Assembly: GCA_001949185.1 (NCBI GenBank)
Contig: BDGG01000002.1
Coordinates: 1,795,826 to 1,859,825, forward strand
Source: Ramazzottius varieornatus
Taxonomy: Eukaryota; Animalia; Tardigrada
Direction of reading: 5' to 3'
DNA length: 64,000 nucleotides
Positions 35,834-48,997 of this stretch are shown here, one piece after another; the first letter of the stretch is position 1; every line of letters starts with the position of its first letter. A model generated the notes under the pieces. That model ran no database searches. It had not been told where the DNA came from and saw only the letters and a program-made list of their open reading frames with translations. The position numbers were made by a program, and so were the translations under genes.

Positions 35834-38385
35834 CTCCTGTACAATATTCGCGTAATGAAAACGGATGTTTTATGGTATGTTAATTGAATAAATTACAACA
35901 TAAAAGCTATGACAGATTGCAGTGTCAGCCTTTTGAAATATGCTCCATTTGATGGTTTTTCCATCTCTAAAACTAGATTTCAGACGAAAGTCGTAACATG
36001 AGCCCATGGAATATGGCCAATCGTCACTTGTCTACAGTAAGGAAGTACAGATGGATTACGTGAGTGAGCTGTCCGACGACGAACCTACAAGACTTGGCCA
36101 GTCTAAAAACATGCTGTGCTGAGATCCAACCACAGGTCTCTTGGTCCGATTTATAGATGGTAGAATTCACTACTTGCATTTCTACGCAGGGAACACGCCT
36201 GCTGCAGCTTCCCTAACGCTATGCGCCCTAACGCTAGAACTTGCAGAGAACTCTGCTCATGCCGTGTACCATGATTCCGTAGAAGGAGAACAACTTCAAT
36301 GAGAAAATATCGTTAGACGAATGTATAATGCCGAGGAAGTAGGTTAGCTAAAAGCATGCTCAAATTATTGCGCCTGCGGATGGTTTACCTGGTGTAAGAA
36401 ACATGGCGCAATGCAATACATATGGCCGACACAACAAACATACAGTAGAACAGGCAGTGGAGGCCGGTACATCGTTTTCCTTTGGCTAGCTGGATGTCTG
36501 TAGGATCAGCTTCGATCAGACAAGTTGTCGTGAAATTGAGTTTAAACGCGGTTCGCAAGATTCACTCCAACATGCTGGCCCCATATATGTGGTACCGTTA
36601 GACGCACTAGGTGCTTGAAACCAGCTCCGAGGTTCTTCCAAATATTCCCCTTGGTATAATTCTCAGGTACTGGGGACTCAATACAGCCTGTTTTCCGCCG
36701 CACCTCAACCATCACTCACGAACATACGGGCGCTGTGAACAGAGATCAGCCCCAATAACAAAACGGCGCGCTAACAGCGCAGCCTCAGGAAACAACGACT
36801 GGGAAAGTTCTGACACCCTACTTACCGCCTGTCTATTCGCCTGCGGAAGAACAAAAATGTGAGTCTTCTGCTCTATAGGCACTCATGTCAGCACCCTGAA
36901 CAAAAGACTAGATACCGGTTAATGATCAATGCCTATAATTAACGCACAGGCTCGGGCGACAATTCAACCGTCACTCTCTGGTTCACGCGTTCGTCCGTCT
37001 GTATGCGTATTGAGCTGTTCTGAACTTTGAAGAGATTCCTTATCGTAGAGTTTTTATTTTCCGAATCAAGTTATAGGGACGCCGACCTACTGCCACTTAT
37101 TCTTGATCCTCTTCCAAGCGGATGAATTTCAGAACGAAAGTTGAACCGCGTAGAGGCAATCGCCTATTAACCAAATCAGGCCAAGCGATGCATGATGGTC
37201 CTGGATTCGACGGGTCCCGCTTTGCGATACTGCAACCAAATCAAGATCGATCAGCGTTCACTGGCAGATATACCCATCTACAGTACGTCACGACAAGTTA
37301 GCTAGAGCTGAGGCTGAGAGTAAGTACCCGATGAATAGTTTGATACGTCTCATTAAACGAGAAATGCATCTCGAATGGGTCGCCATCTTCAGGACAGAAG
37401 AAAGCTGACAATTTCCGCTCCTCGTCGTGCCACTCGAACAGGCTCTAGAAATCGATGATACGGGTTTGATTCGTGACTGAGAAAGGTAGAACCACTGGGG
37501 ATTTGGGGAACGAACTAAGTTACCGTGATGGATGTGCCATGCTTGCGGGTTATTTCGGTTTTCTGTCCAAGATTGAAGCATAGAATGTTGACGCGTTTCG
37601 CAGCTGGCGAGACGACAGTCATAAGGAAATTTTCGCCATCTTGGGCAAAGATGAAGGTGTTGAGGCTGGCTCCCATCTTTTCGGCTGCGTCCCTGGGGTA
37701 GCCTACAACCGAAAGAGTGATCGATCGCGCAGAACTGCTATGATTCGCGGCAAGGTTTGCCTACCCGCACAGAGGAAGTACGCCATCGAGTTCTCTGCGA
37801 TGTGACTATCTTGGAACATACCAAGCCACACTGGACCCATATCAGACATTGCAGCAACGTAGGAGCGAACCCCGGACGAAATGAATGGAACTTGGGGACA
37901 AGATCTCGGTGGGCAAAGCGACACTGTGCAGAGGGGCAGAAAGAGACATCCGCTAGATATCCGAATCTCCGAAACGAAAAATTAAACTAAACAAGGAGAT
38001 CTACTCCGACCAGTCAACAGAGAAAAAACTGAGTAGAGAAGCCAAAGGCAGAAAACAGCTCAGGCTCACTCACGTAGGTGTACAAGCGGAAAAGTTTGAT
38101 CAAGAAAACAACTGTTTATCTGTGCACCAGAATGCGTGCAAAGTCTTTTCGTTCGAAAAACGTCTTTGCAGACATCAAACTCTTCCAAATATTGAATCGC
38201 ACCACGGTATCGATTTTGTGCTTTTTTGCAGCGTTAAGGAGGTCAGAACAAGTGGCAGATAGACCTGCGATTTCCACTGGGAAACTACGCAGGAGGTGCA
38301 AGCAGTCCTGGCGCACCTGCGCGCTTCAGCTGGAAAACGCGCGCGAGCAACTACTTCCGGTGCATGTTGGCACCCACAACTAGAA

Positions 38386-38550
38386 TGGATTAGACCATGC
38401 TCTGGTCGAACCGATTAGGTTCGATGTCTGGTCTGTTTGTTTTGACCTTTTGCTCAGATTTTACACGTTGGTTCGACCTTTTCGATGGATGTTAAACCAA
38501 AGGTCGAACCGGATAGACCAGTTGGTTTGACCAATGCTTGGTGTAATCCA
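38386..38550. repeat. Small degenerate inverted-repeat element (MITE-like)
   Basis: tggattagaccatgctctggtcgaacc vs ggtttgaccaatgcttggtgtaatcca (about 22/27 inverted match), with internal ggtcgaacc motifs. Confidence 0.55.
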
Positions 38551-39334
38551 CTTTGCCCACAACCTTCCACAACGCCGAAAAACAAAAGAAGCGAGCTTTG
38601 GTCTTTTATACCAGCTTTCCAAAACTTCTGAAACTTACGGTTCGCACACGTTTCGGGATTACTAGCCCGAAGGCCTGGGGGAACTTCCACCGTCTCTTCT
38701 GTCACGACGACCTGCTTCCCCGGAGCATCCTTCACGATTGAGCCACTGATACCTGCAGATTTTTCGTTTTGTGGTTTTTTTCCTAAAGCTTAGATGAAAT
38801 TTTCGCCCTTTGCATTTTTAGACGTTGTGAAGTTTATCAATTTTGATTATGCCGGACTAAACTACCAAGCATACGATATCACGAACCACTTCAACGAATT
38901 CTCCTTTGGGTGATTTGAAAGTGAGTCTCGTGTTAACTATTTTTTTCGTTGTTATGGGGGAACGAACGCGAAAACAGCTGGCGATATGGAAGCTTGCTGA
39001 TTGCAAGACTCCCGGCGGATGTTATTATCATAATTCATAAATGCGAGGAGTCGTAGAATGGGTAAAAAACCTAGAGTTGATTTCGCCATCGATGGCCATG
39101 GTAAAAAATGGCTAACTCATACGTTCACATCGAATGCGCACAAGGGGAAAATATGAGACGGAAGCTTGAGGAAGAAGCAGGGAGTCGCTCCACAGACTTC
39201 TTGTTGGATATTTAACACTTAAAAGACGACGCAATTCCGAGCTCTGGGAGCACAAGAGGGGTAGATCACCTTCCCCAATTTTTAACTGGCTGAAATCGTA
39301 GGGTGGGGTCAGATCGGGCCAATCATCACATATA

Positions 39335-40607
39335 CAGAGGGTGTTCAAGCCAAGTTGTAACACTTTACTCAGAATTTCCTACACAATCCCACAAACGGTA
39401 TTCTAGTTCAGCAGGTGTTCTATCTGAAAGCCCTTTCTCTCTATCATAAACTCCACACGTCGTTTCCAGGATTGTAAAGCTCTCTGAATTTTGTCCATCG
39501 GAAGTTTGACCCAGGCTGTCTTGATTGCGCGCACTAAACCAGTATCGTCACGCGGCTTCTTGTTGAACAATAATCCCATGAAAATTCCATTTACTGCGAA
39601 ATCCATCGGTGCCAGGTCCGGGCTGTTCCCCATTCAATGCTCTTTCGGAATGAACTTCACTTTGGACTGTCGAAGGTATTCCTGAGTTTTTCTGGCCTGG
39701 TGCACGGGAGCGTTGTCCTGGTGGAGAACGACTTTGTGAGCTTCCTTGCCGTAAAGCCGTGGGATTTCTTTTTCGATCAGCGGCTTCAGGACATTTTGGA
39801 TGTACAAGTCGGCATTGATTTTAGCCCCAGACGGAATGATGAACATCTTCGTGGGTCCACGGAAAGAAATTCCCGCGCAGCACATGATACCTTTGGGGTG
39901 CTTTCGTTGACAATTCTTCTTCCATTCTTTGCAGTTCTCCCGTCCGCGAAACTTGTAGTAGACCTTCCGCTGACCATTCACGTATGTAGGGTAGACCCAG
40001 AAATCGTCAATAGTTAAAATAAACTTCCACTTCTCACCTTTCAAGTACTTGAGAAAATTCGGACCGCGGTTGAGCCGTTGCTGGGCTTGCTGTTCGACAG
40101 AGCGTGCACGGGATATTTTTTCCGACATTCTGCCTCGCAAACTTTTGTGATAATATTATGAATCGTGCCCACCGATACCTTGTACTTCTTTGCCATCTGT
40201 CGTTGAGAAGGTGGATTCGGTTTGTCGATGTCTTTGAAGACCTTCTTCTCAATGGACTTGATGTGTTGTGGACGGGTGTTCTGCGGCGGAATTTCTTTTG
40301 GCTTCTTCTGAACTCCCTTCGTGGTATCTTTGTCCTTCCGTAAAATCCGACGGACTGTCCCATAAGATGCTGGATATCCCATAGCCGTAACTTCTCTGGC
40401 TATTTTCTTGAGCGATCCTACTTTTCGAGCGGTGGCCAAGATGGCCGCGACGGTTTCAGAACTAGTTTCTGAAGGCGTTTGTAATCTTAACATCAAACAT
40501 GAATTGACAAGCTGCTAGAAATCAGCTGAGATATGGCACAAGACTGTGAAAATGCGTCACAGGCATTTTGTCTACCAACTGTTACAACTTGGCTTGAACA
40601 CCCTCTG
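39335..40607 (-). mobile_element. Tc1/mariner superfamily maT-type (DD37D) transposon, defective
   Basis: Perfect 28-bp TIR CAGAGGGTGTTCAAGCCAAGTTGTAACA and TA TSD. ILTIDD, HQDNAPVH and SPDLAPMDF, with 37 residues between the second and third Asp. In-frame TGA at 39634-39636 and a frameshift near 40100. Confidence 0.92.
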
Positions 40608-40712
40608 TAAGCTTCGCATTTTTGGAGTAAAGTGCGCCACTACGTGAACCAAAGTGCCAGGCCTTTTCATTTTTGCTGTGACCACTGGTCACGCAGCATG
40701 GAACATACTGAA

Positions 40713-40746
40713 GACGGTACCAATGACGGTACCAATGACGGTACCA
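40713..40746. repeat. 12-bp tandem repeat (GACGGTACCAAT) about 2.8 copies
   Basis: Read directly. Confidence 0.8.
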
Positions 40747-42292
40747 CTGCACAAGCTCTCTGTCCAATTTTTAAGGAGGCTTTTCCTCAGCCAGCTCTTA
40801 AGTGAAAATTTGGTCTGTCAACTCAAGACGAAAGCTGGTCAAAAACGAAATTTTCTCTCGAAATTTTCAGAGAGCTGCTAGCCAGTTCACGTCATTTTTA
40901 ACTGGAAGCGACAAAGTTTCTGAAAGCAAACGCGAAAATTCGAGACGAAAAGGTTCAACAGAAGCCATTCCGCAACGCTTTCGAAGGTTCTCCAAGCAAC
41001 CGGGGTACCCCCTTGGTCTTTTAAATGTTGAGGGATCGGGCAGAAGATAAGTTGGAGAAACAGGTACCCCACTTACTTTGCGCACCTCACTTAAGCAAAA
41101 GCCGGTCGTCGCAGTTTTCATGGTCGCAATGACCAGTCCCACCGACTTTTGTTCTTCTCCTACATGCGAATAGGCACAAACTATCCCAGACTGTGTTGTC
41201 ACTGCTGATAAAAACTGAGCAAACCGAGAAGACAAAGCGGAAGCATCACAGAAGACTTTGAACCGTAACCGGCACCGAGCGAGGACCATGGTACATTATG
41301 GTGATCAAGTCACGCTTGTTACCGCTGAGTTTCTCTCACCCCGCAAACCGATGGCCGTAGACTATACTTCAGTGGAACGAGGATGACTGATGGAAAGTCT
41401 GTTGTGTAACAGTGAGGATTTTTCAGTCGGTGGAAGTCACTACTGCTGCGAGACGGCTCCAGATTGTATTTCACAGCTCACCATAAACAAGCCACAGAAC
41501 TTTGCTTCATGCACAATGACGTCCCTTTGGGACGCATCGATGATTTATGTGTTTACTCAGATGCATCTACCTTTTTTATTTATCGGAGTGTCGTACACTG
41601 CGTTACTAATTACTACTGCACGGTAAGAGTCGGGAAAAGAGTGTCTTGAATAATCGAGTATGCTGTCGCATGTGGCGGAGAAGCTGTAATCTGATATCTG
41701 GTGCGGAAGTATGGCCCATACCTTTGTCCTCTGCCGAACTTAAAAGTTTCTTCTGAGGAAATATCCGAAATATTTTGATCAACCTGTGCATCCGTACTAG
41801 CTCGGCACTCCCCAAACGTTTTTGGAAGACATTTCGTCCGGGGTGATATTCTGTTAGTGCCAGGATCCTACTACGAGGAGTGTGAATGGGAAGATTCAGT
41901 TCCTCTTCCTGCAGTCCTGGGGCAGTGTTTTCTTCAGTGCGCATTTCGGAGCAGTCATGCGACAGTAGTGGATCTAGTCCGTGAATTAATTTTGCCTCTT
42001 GAACGGGAAGGTTTCTATAAACATCCCTGGTCCAAAGAGGTCTAGGCTACCGTTATCGCCTTGCTGGGTGAAGAAGATTTGTAGCGGTCAAGAGTGGGCG
42101 GCCATCAAAATGTTATCGTGGCTCTCTTTTAGTGCCGCAGATAGTTCAAAATTCTCCGTGGCAGTTTGGCTCTGTTAAAACATACCACTTCTCGCTTCAG
42201 AATGTTCTGTAGAGTGCTCATGTTGTTACCGGTAACATTGCTTTCCCGCTTAGTTCAAATGGACAGTAATACTTCAGAAGAAGCACACCTCA

Positions 42293-44696
42293 CAAGGGAT
42301 TAACGCGTCTGTCCACTCTGATCCTCAAACCAATATAATAGCATGATAGAGCAGAGTTTACTCCACAAACTGAGATAAACTAAATCGGCGAAATGAAATC
42401 CTGGAAGACGCCACAGGAAGCGGAAGTGACGTCGAATTCTTACATCGACATGACATGACCAACTATACTAGCACAGTCTAAAATGTCACAGAACTCATGG
42501 AAGATAAATTTTACAGAGGTGATACTGATCGTAGAAGTGATGGAAGCAGAGAGGAGCTTTGCACCAGCCGCACTTAAGCAAAAGCCGGTCGTCGCAGTTT
42601 TCATGGTCACAATGACCAGTCCCACCGAATTCAAAGAGAATTCGGTAGGATTTACATAGTCAAAGGACTCGTCAGTATAGCCGCACAGATGCCAGGCCTG
42701 GTTCACTAGGTCTCCAAACCGGAGAGACTGAAGCTGTTGGTAAACCAAAGAATGCATCTTCAGGATTACGTCTCGATGATGAACTTGAAGTGGAAGGCTG
42801 TGCACAATGATGAAACTGGAGATCTTCCGGAAGGAGTCTTTATACATTCGGAAAAAGAGTCTGTCCAGTGGTTGGATATCATCAGTCACTTTCGGAGGAA
42901 TCGTGATCATTTCGTATTCCAGTTCTTCAGGCTTGAATTCCAAAACAGCTTCCTGGTCAGAATAGGTTCTCCACGAATCGGCCAGCAGAATGCAGCGATC
43001 TTCCACATGAGAAAACAATATCTTTTCACACCATTCCAAGTAGAGCTTCTCTGTCATCTTGCCCGAAGCCGAAGCAGTGACATACAGGTTGTCAACTTTA
43101 AACATTGTCCTTGCCACAATAGGACCGACAACGCCTTTGTCCTCCTGGAGAGTGATCCACAGTTGTGGGAGAAACTTGCGCGTGCCGGGAAAAATGGTCA
43201 TCATAACCGTGTAGCTATGCGTCATGGAGTTCTCCGACTGACAGATCGCAAGAACATGTTTTGCGCCGGCCAGATGCAGTGTGCGCCCTGGTCTCATCTC
43301 GTAATCGAACCCAGACTGATCCGTGTTCCACATACAGTCCAAGCCGTAATTTGAGATCCTCGATCTGACAAGGGCGACACACTCCTCCGCAGTTTTCTTT
43401 ACTTGCGGAGCTTCTTGAATGTACTTGTCGGTCACGAACTTGGTGATCTTCCGATCGACGATGCCGTAATACCTACAATATCGACCCCGTTAGTGTGGCG
43501 CAGTAACTCGTGAGCGAAATTCTCGGTTGAAGTGATCTGCGTAAGCAATGATACATATTTCATTTTAATACTTCAATGTGTTTACCTCTTCAACTTTCCC
43601 ACCCAATCCGGAGACGCCATGAAACCTACCAGGCCAATGGTTCGGTTCGCAGTAACAGCCCAACGTCGAATATCCATATCTTTCACAATATGAGGCTTTT
43701 GCTTGGACAGGAAGAACTGCTTGCCAGTCTTCTAACGCAGCGCCTTCAGCTTGTCATATCTGGAACCGCCCTCAGCAACATGTCGTTCCCATTCTTGGAG
43801 TTGTCAAGTACTTGTGACTTTCTTGAACTTGGTCCGGACACACGAAAGGCTACGTCGTTTCTTCGTAGCGACATTCCTCCAGAAATCGACGGAGCGTTTC
43901 TTGTAGTCGAGGGTGACCGCGTTACTTGGCGGCTGTTTTGGGTGTGATATTCGCGGGACATAGAATTCGTTGGGCGATGATTCCGTTCCACTGGAGAGAG
44001 GCTCGACGACTTTATCTTCTTGGCTAGGATTTTTGTCGGGTTCAGCCAGCTGATTAGACGCAGCAACCAACTTCTCGAACTCGTCGAACGTCTGCATGCC
44101 TGTTTCCAGTTCATATTGCAGGTCTTCTTCAAGTGCCAACGAAGAACTACCAGCTCGGTTGATTTTAACATCCGTAAATTCTGAAACGGAAACAGAAAGG
44201 TGGAATATCTCATATCAATGTCAGCCATAGTAAACGGCAACAGTACAATACCTTTGACGAGTTCTTTTAACTGCTTATCAGCCTCGCTCGGTTGTCCATC
44301 CAGTTGGAAGAGCTGCTTGTAGTCCTCCTCCACAAGCTTCAAAACATTCATCGGATTAACGGAATCCATTTCGGGCGACAGTGGAAATCACGCAGTAACG
44401 GAACGATGAATGTAAGAGCAATGAAGCAACAGGCACAGCAAAACTGATTGAGTACAAGCGCAACTGGTTCAATCAATATCAAATCAACCATCAGGCAATC
44501 AAATCAGTTGATTTGCTGTCACACTGGTGATCCGCCCTGAATTTGACGTCACTTCCGCTTCCTGTGGCGTCTTCCAGGATTTTATTTCGCCGATTTAGTT
44601 TATCTCAGTTTGTGGAGCAAACTCTGCTCTATCATGCTATTATATTGGTTTGAGGATCAGAGTGGGCAGAGTGGGCAGACTGGCGTTAATCCCTTG
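42293..44696 (-). mobile_element. Tc5-like (pogo-related) transposon with about 150-bp TIRs and a defective intron-containing transposase
   Basis: TIRs 42293-42439 and about 44539-44696 start CAAGGG. 3-bp TSD TCA lies in a CTCAG target. WNTDQSGF, THSYTV, LADSW, IQPLD, and a frameshifted C-terminal CDHENC..CGWC..CFHHF..HLC finger. Confidence 0.9.
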
Positions 44697-45211
44697 TCAG
44701 TCCTGTAAGAATCACGAAATAGTTTGGGTAGGATCGGGTTTGATATGATCGGTTAGCAGGTTTCTCGTATACCTTCGATTTCAGTCTTCCGTAAGGGTGA
44801 CTTATGAATGAAAGATCTTCTCAACGAAACCAATCCAGTCACCCACAGTAAAATGAGTTTTTGAAGTCAAGGTACGTAAAGGGGGACAAGTCATACTTCC
44901 GCACCTGATATTTCACGAGGGTTGTTTGTGGCCTTCCTCTGGCACACCATCGGTGTGCACGAATCAGCGTATTCGTCGGGAGTTCACCGGATGTGATAAA
45001 GCATTTTCATTTTCAAAGACACATGGTTTTCTGAGAGTTCTTGCGAGCAGCTACAACGCTCATCATCCAGTAAGCCTTAGGTATTTTTTGCGGGTATGAC
45101 CCAATGTCAGTCCAACCCGCGCACTCGGTCTTCAGTTGATCGTCTTCCGTCACAGGGGTTTCTGTTCATAAGCAGTAAAATGCCCCGCAAGGCGGTAAAA
45201 AAACGTCTTAA

Positions 45212-47300
45212 CACTTACAGCACCAAGCTTTTCGTGTTTGCAGAATACGATCGTTCTCTTTGTGAGTACACGAATTTGATTGGCTGAAAGCAGGGGTGGG
45301 ACTTGAAAAATCCAGTAGCACACATCCCGTATCAAGTGGCGCGTGTTACCATTGCTTCAACATGTGAAGAACTCTCAACTTAGCGAAACACATCTTTCAA
45401 AGTTTATTTCAGTAAATTCTGCGTCTTCACGCATACGACACAGACCACCGTTTGAACAGAACTTCTATGGTCAGCACAAACAGCAACCTTACAGAAGCTA
45501 CAGTCGATCCTGCTTCTTTTTTGAGTGGTATGGTGGCAGAATCTGCAGCGTTGTTGTGCCTTGGTTCCGCTTGCAACGGAAGGATTGCTTTCTGCCTTAC
45601 CGTCTGACAGAATATTCAGGGAAATCTTTATCAGCAACTTTACATCTGATTGAATACTGGCGGAGGTGAAGCGGCGGCGTAAGTGGCTTTCCATGAGGTT
45701 CCTGCTAAGTTCGTGTAGGTACTTCCGACGTCGGATGAGAGATTTAGCATGCCAGTCCGGGTTCAGCTCAGTCCATACAACGTACGAGTTCAACGCGGAG
45801 ATGTCGACGATATCGTAAAATAGCGCCATTGGCCATCTACAGGTTTTCCGACGAACACTGTAGTTTCCAGTCAGCTGATCCAGAGTGTCCACTCCGGCTT
45901 TCGTACGATTGTAGTGCGTTACGATCTCAGGTTTCTCTTCTGGGCTTTCCTCATCAACTTCTCTAAAAAATGAATCGTGACGTCACCAAAGAGAAACGGG
46001 TGTGCAGCGGTCATACTGATTCACAACGCATTCGTCATGAAGTCATGAGCAACAGCTGCACCAAGCGTAGTTTGGTCCTGTTGCGCACTACGTCACAGGT
46101 GTAGCATGGGCACTCGTCTTTACGGCTTGCAAATACGTCATTCGTCACTTACTGGGAAAAATGCATGGAGCTCAACAGCACTACAGCTTTCCCCTTCTTC
46201 GGAACGTAAGACACCAGAGTGAAATCGGGCTTGTGGCCGACGTAGGAGGAAAATGCAGCGCGACTCTTGCTTGGCAGGAAGACGGAAGGAATATCTTTAC
46301 GGTTCTTACGCATTGTTCCCACGAGAGAAATATTTTTCTTGAGAAGAGCTTCCCCCAACGTCAAGGAAGTGAAGAAATTGCCTGTGGTCACGTTTCTTCC
46401 CGACTGGTTTCCCAGATATTCCACCAGATCAAGAACCACTCGCTGTCCTTGATTCTTCTCAGCCGCTCCACCAGGAGCCTTTCCGATGTAAAGCTGGATG
46501 TTACAGCGTCCTACAGCAACAAGGGAGAAAAAGTTTCAGGCCGTACTTGCTTCTTGGTTTTGTCGGAATATATTGCTTGAAGCCGCACCGTCCTTTGAAA
46601 GGAAAGAGTTGTTCGTCCACGCACAGAAATTCGTAGGGAAGGTAGTTCTCGCGAAGCGCTTTACTTCACAAGTCATAAAACTCCTGGACGTGGGCCCTCT
46701 TTTTAGTCGCTACCCGGGCTTCTCGAGAAGGTTTGTCGTCAAACCGCAGGCTGCAGGTAATCTGGGTGAAGCGCTCCCGAGACATACAGGCGCGATAAAC
46801 TCCTTTTCCTTCGCTTTCACTCCACAGTTCACACACTGGTACAGTACCGTCATTCATTGTTCCCTGTAGAAGTAGAATTCCCAAGTAAGCATCTAGCACC
46901 ACAGGATCCAGTTTGACCCAGCCATCACCGTATTGCGTTTTCCCCTCTTCATTTGTGAACCGGATGATCAGATCTTTCACTTGTGGCGTGAAGAAAAGGT
47001 TGAACGTGTCCATGAGCGTCACGACTCGCGATCTCGCGCTGGGAGTAACGCCAAGCTGACCGGTCATCTTATTGACAGTTCGAGTTTTACCACTGTCTAG
47101 AGGAAAGCGTTCCCACTTTATGTCGGGATTTCGGGCAAGGAACGGGCTCCCGTCGTTCAGTTGGTACAAGACGCCATCGTCGTCGTCATGTTATGACTTT
47201 CCGTTTTGTACTCCGATAAACAAAGCAACCCTAAACTTTGGCACAATATTTCCCTCATAGAATAGTTGTTCACCAAGGAAAAAGTAGAAAAAAGCGAATT
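45212..47300 (-). mobile_element. piggyBac transposon remnant (transposase pseudogene about 45404-47300)
   Basis: MSRERF..LRFDD, VDEQL, VTTGNFFTS (catalytic D replaced by G), VGTMRKNR, GVDTLDQ..RWPM and a Cys-rich C-terminus. Candidate end TTAA|CACTTACAGCACC at 45208-45224; the other end was not found. Confidence 0.85.
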
Positions 47301-48284
47301 TCGTTCGGAGCTGGTGGGCAAAAAAGTAGCAGGTACTTCCAAAGGGAAGCAACATTGAATTCAAGCTCGTTAGATAGAACGGATTTGTTACAGGAAGGCT
47401 GTTTCGCGCGAAGTTATGCAGTCCGGTCGTTCCAAATCCGTAGCAAATTTTCGGATCTCTAGAACGCGAAAATCATTCAAAGTTAACCACACTGCTAGCC
47501 ATGCTCACGTAGCCGGTCATCTGCCACTTGATTATGTGATCACATCAGTTAAAACAGGCTGTGATGCATGTGTTGTGTGATTTTGGCGTTTAGTGTGCAT
47601 GCAGCATAGTGAATATATGGAGGGCTCTAAAATGAAATCCAAAAATTTGGCACGAATTTCGAGCGACTGGACCTTAGTGCAAATAAGCATCGTAGGCTAC
47701 GATAGGTCCTTTGTCATCGATGCCACACACCCTAAAAACAAAAAGTTTTTTCCTACTTCTTAAGGACGGAAGCGTGTATTCTCTTCTCGTTCAACGTTTC
47801 AGTTGGCACATAATTCTTCTTGACTTATAATGGTGCATTTCCCGGATGGCGGAGTTATGTATCAGTACCGAGCATCAGACAGCTTCCGTTCCGAAGGGAA
47901 GTAGCGTAGCCTTTGACCAGGCTAAGGAAGGCAACTGGCGGACCCGTGTTTCATTGCTCGATGGAGGGTGTGCGCGATGGATCACCATCTGCAGGTCGTC
48001 GTTGCTCATACAGTAGAGCGCAAGGGTGCGGTCGATGATGTCGTCGATCTCTTACTGCTTGTCACGGGATGGTTTGCTGGGGTTGACGCGCGTGTTAATG
48101 TAGACTAAAACATTGTCTCATACGGAGGTTCTTTGGTTCGATGGGCACGGCACATTTGTACTGAATCTCGAAACCCCGGGAGCCAGTTCTGACGAACAGC
48201 AGGTAATACACCGATGGTTCTACCGCGCAGTCACAAAAATTGACGTAAGACAAGACAAGAAACTGGAAAAGATGCAGCCCACCA

Positions 48285-48997
48285 CAGTGTTGTATTTAAT
48301 TTCAGTCCCATATTTAGTCTTACTTTCTGTCGGACTGAATCGCGTTCCGTCTCGTTGGACGGGACTGCTGTAGGCCAGTTTTGATATCAGTTTCAGTTAG
48401 ACTAATCCAATTCAGTCTCACGATATATCAGTTTTAGTCCCGAGACTGAGACTGATATGTATGGGATATCAGTTTCAGTCTGTTGGACTAACAAGGGAAC
48501 CTCGAAGACGCTCTCTTCGAATTCGTTGATTGTTGTTTTCTAAACGACACATGAAGTCCACAGGTATGAAGCATTGTAATCGGCAGAACTCCACCTCCAA
48601 ACTTTAGAAGAATTCCGAGACGTACTGTATAGTCGTTCTGGGGTGGTTAGATTTTGAGAACAAGTAATCCGCCGATTATGATGCTTCATAAAAGGTACCT
48701 GGAAACCTCCTCGATGGTTTGGAAGACAAAAACTAAAAGATTCGAAGAGAGATCTCCGAGGTTACCTTGTTAGTCCCACAGACCGAAACTGATATCCTTC
48801 GGAAATCAGTTTCAGTCCCAACATATCAGTTTCAGTCTTCCGAGCGTTAAGTTTCAGTCTTCGTGTTGGCAATGCAGTCCTACTGTTTCAGTTTTAGTCC
48901 GACGAACTGGTAAGCCGTATCAGTCTAGACTCAAGACGAAATCTGAATTGAAAACTGATATTTTATCAGTCTCGCACTGAAACTAAATACAACACTA
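48285..48997. mobile_element. Non-autonomous hAT element with subterminal TCAGTTTCAGTC repeats
   Basis: TIR (C/T)AGTGTTGTATTTA(A/G)TTTCAGT. TSD GCCCACCA vs GTCCACCA (7/8). Internal inverted repeat about 48485-48522 vs 48740-48777. Confidence 0.82.

Noticed and set aside
39634-39636. In-frame TGA as possible selenocysteine or readthrough
   Set aside because: It replaces the conserved Trp before the SPDL motif in an element that also has a frameshift, so it is an ordinary nonsense mutation.
40632-40640. Lone half-site GTGCGCCAC (a similar one lies at 45336-45344)
   Set aside because: No partner core 25 nt away, even after removing the adjacent maT insertion, so these are not counted as family members.
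42737-43354. 205-aa plus-strand ORF (also 34486-34974 and 54364-54900)
   Set aside because: These are antisense shadows of real coding sequences with no independent motifs.
48080-48100. GTGTTAA as the second piggyBac end
   Set aside because: It matches the candidate left end only over TTAACAC, which is too little for a TIR.
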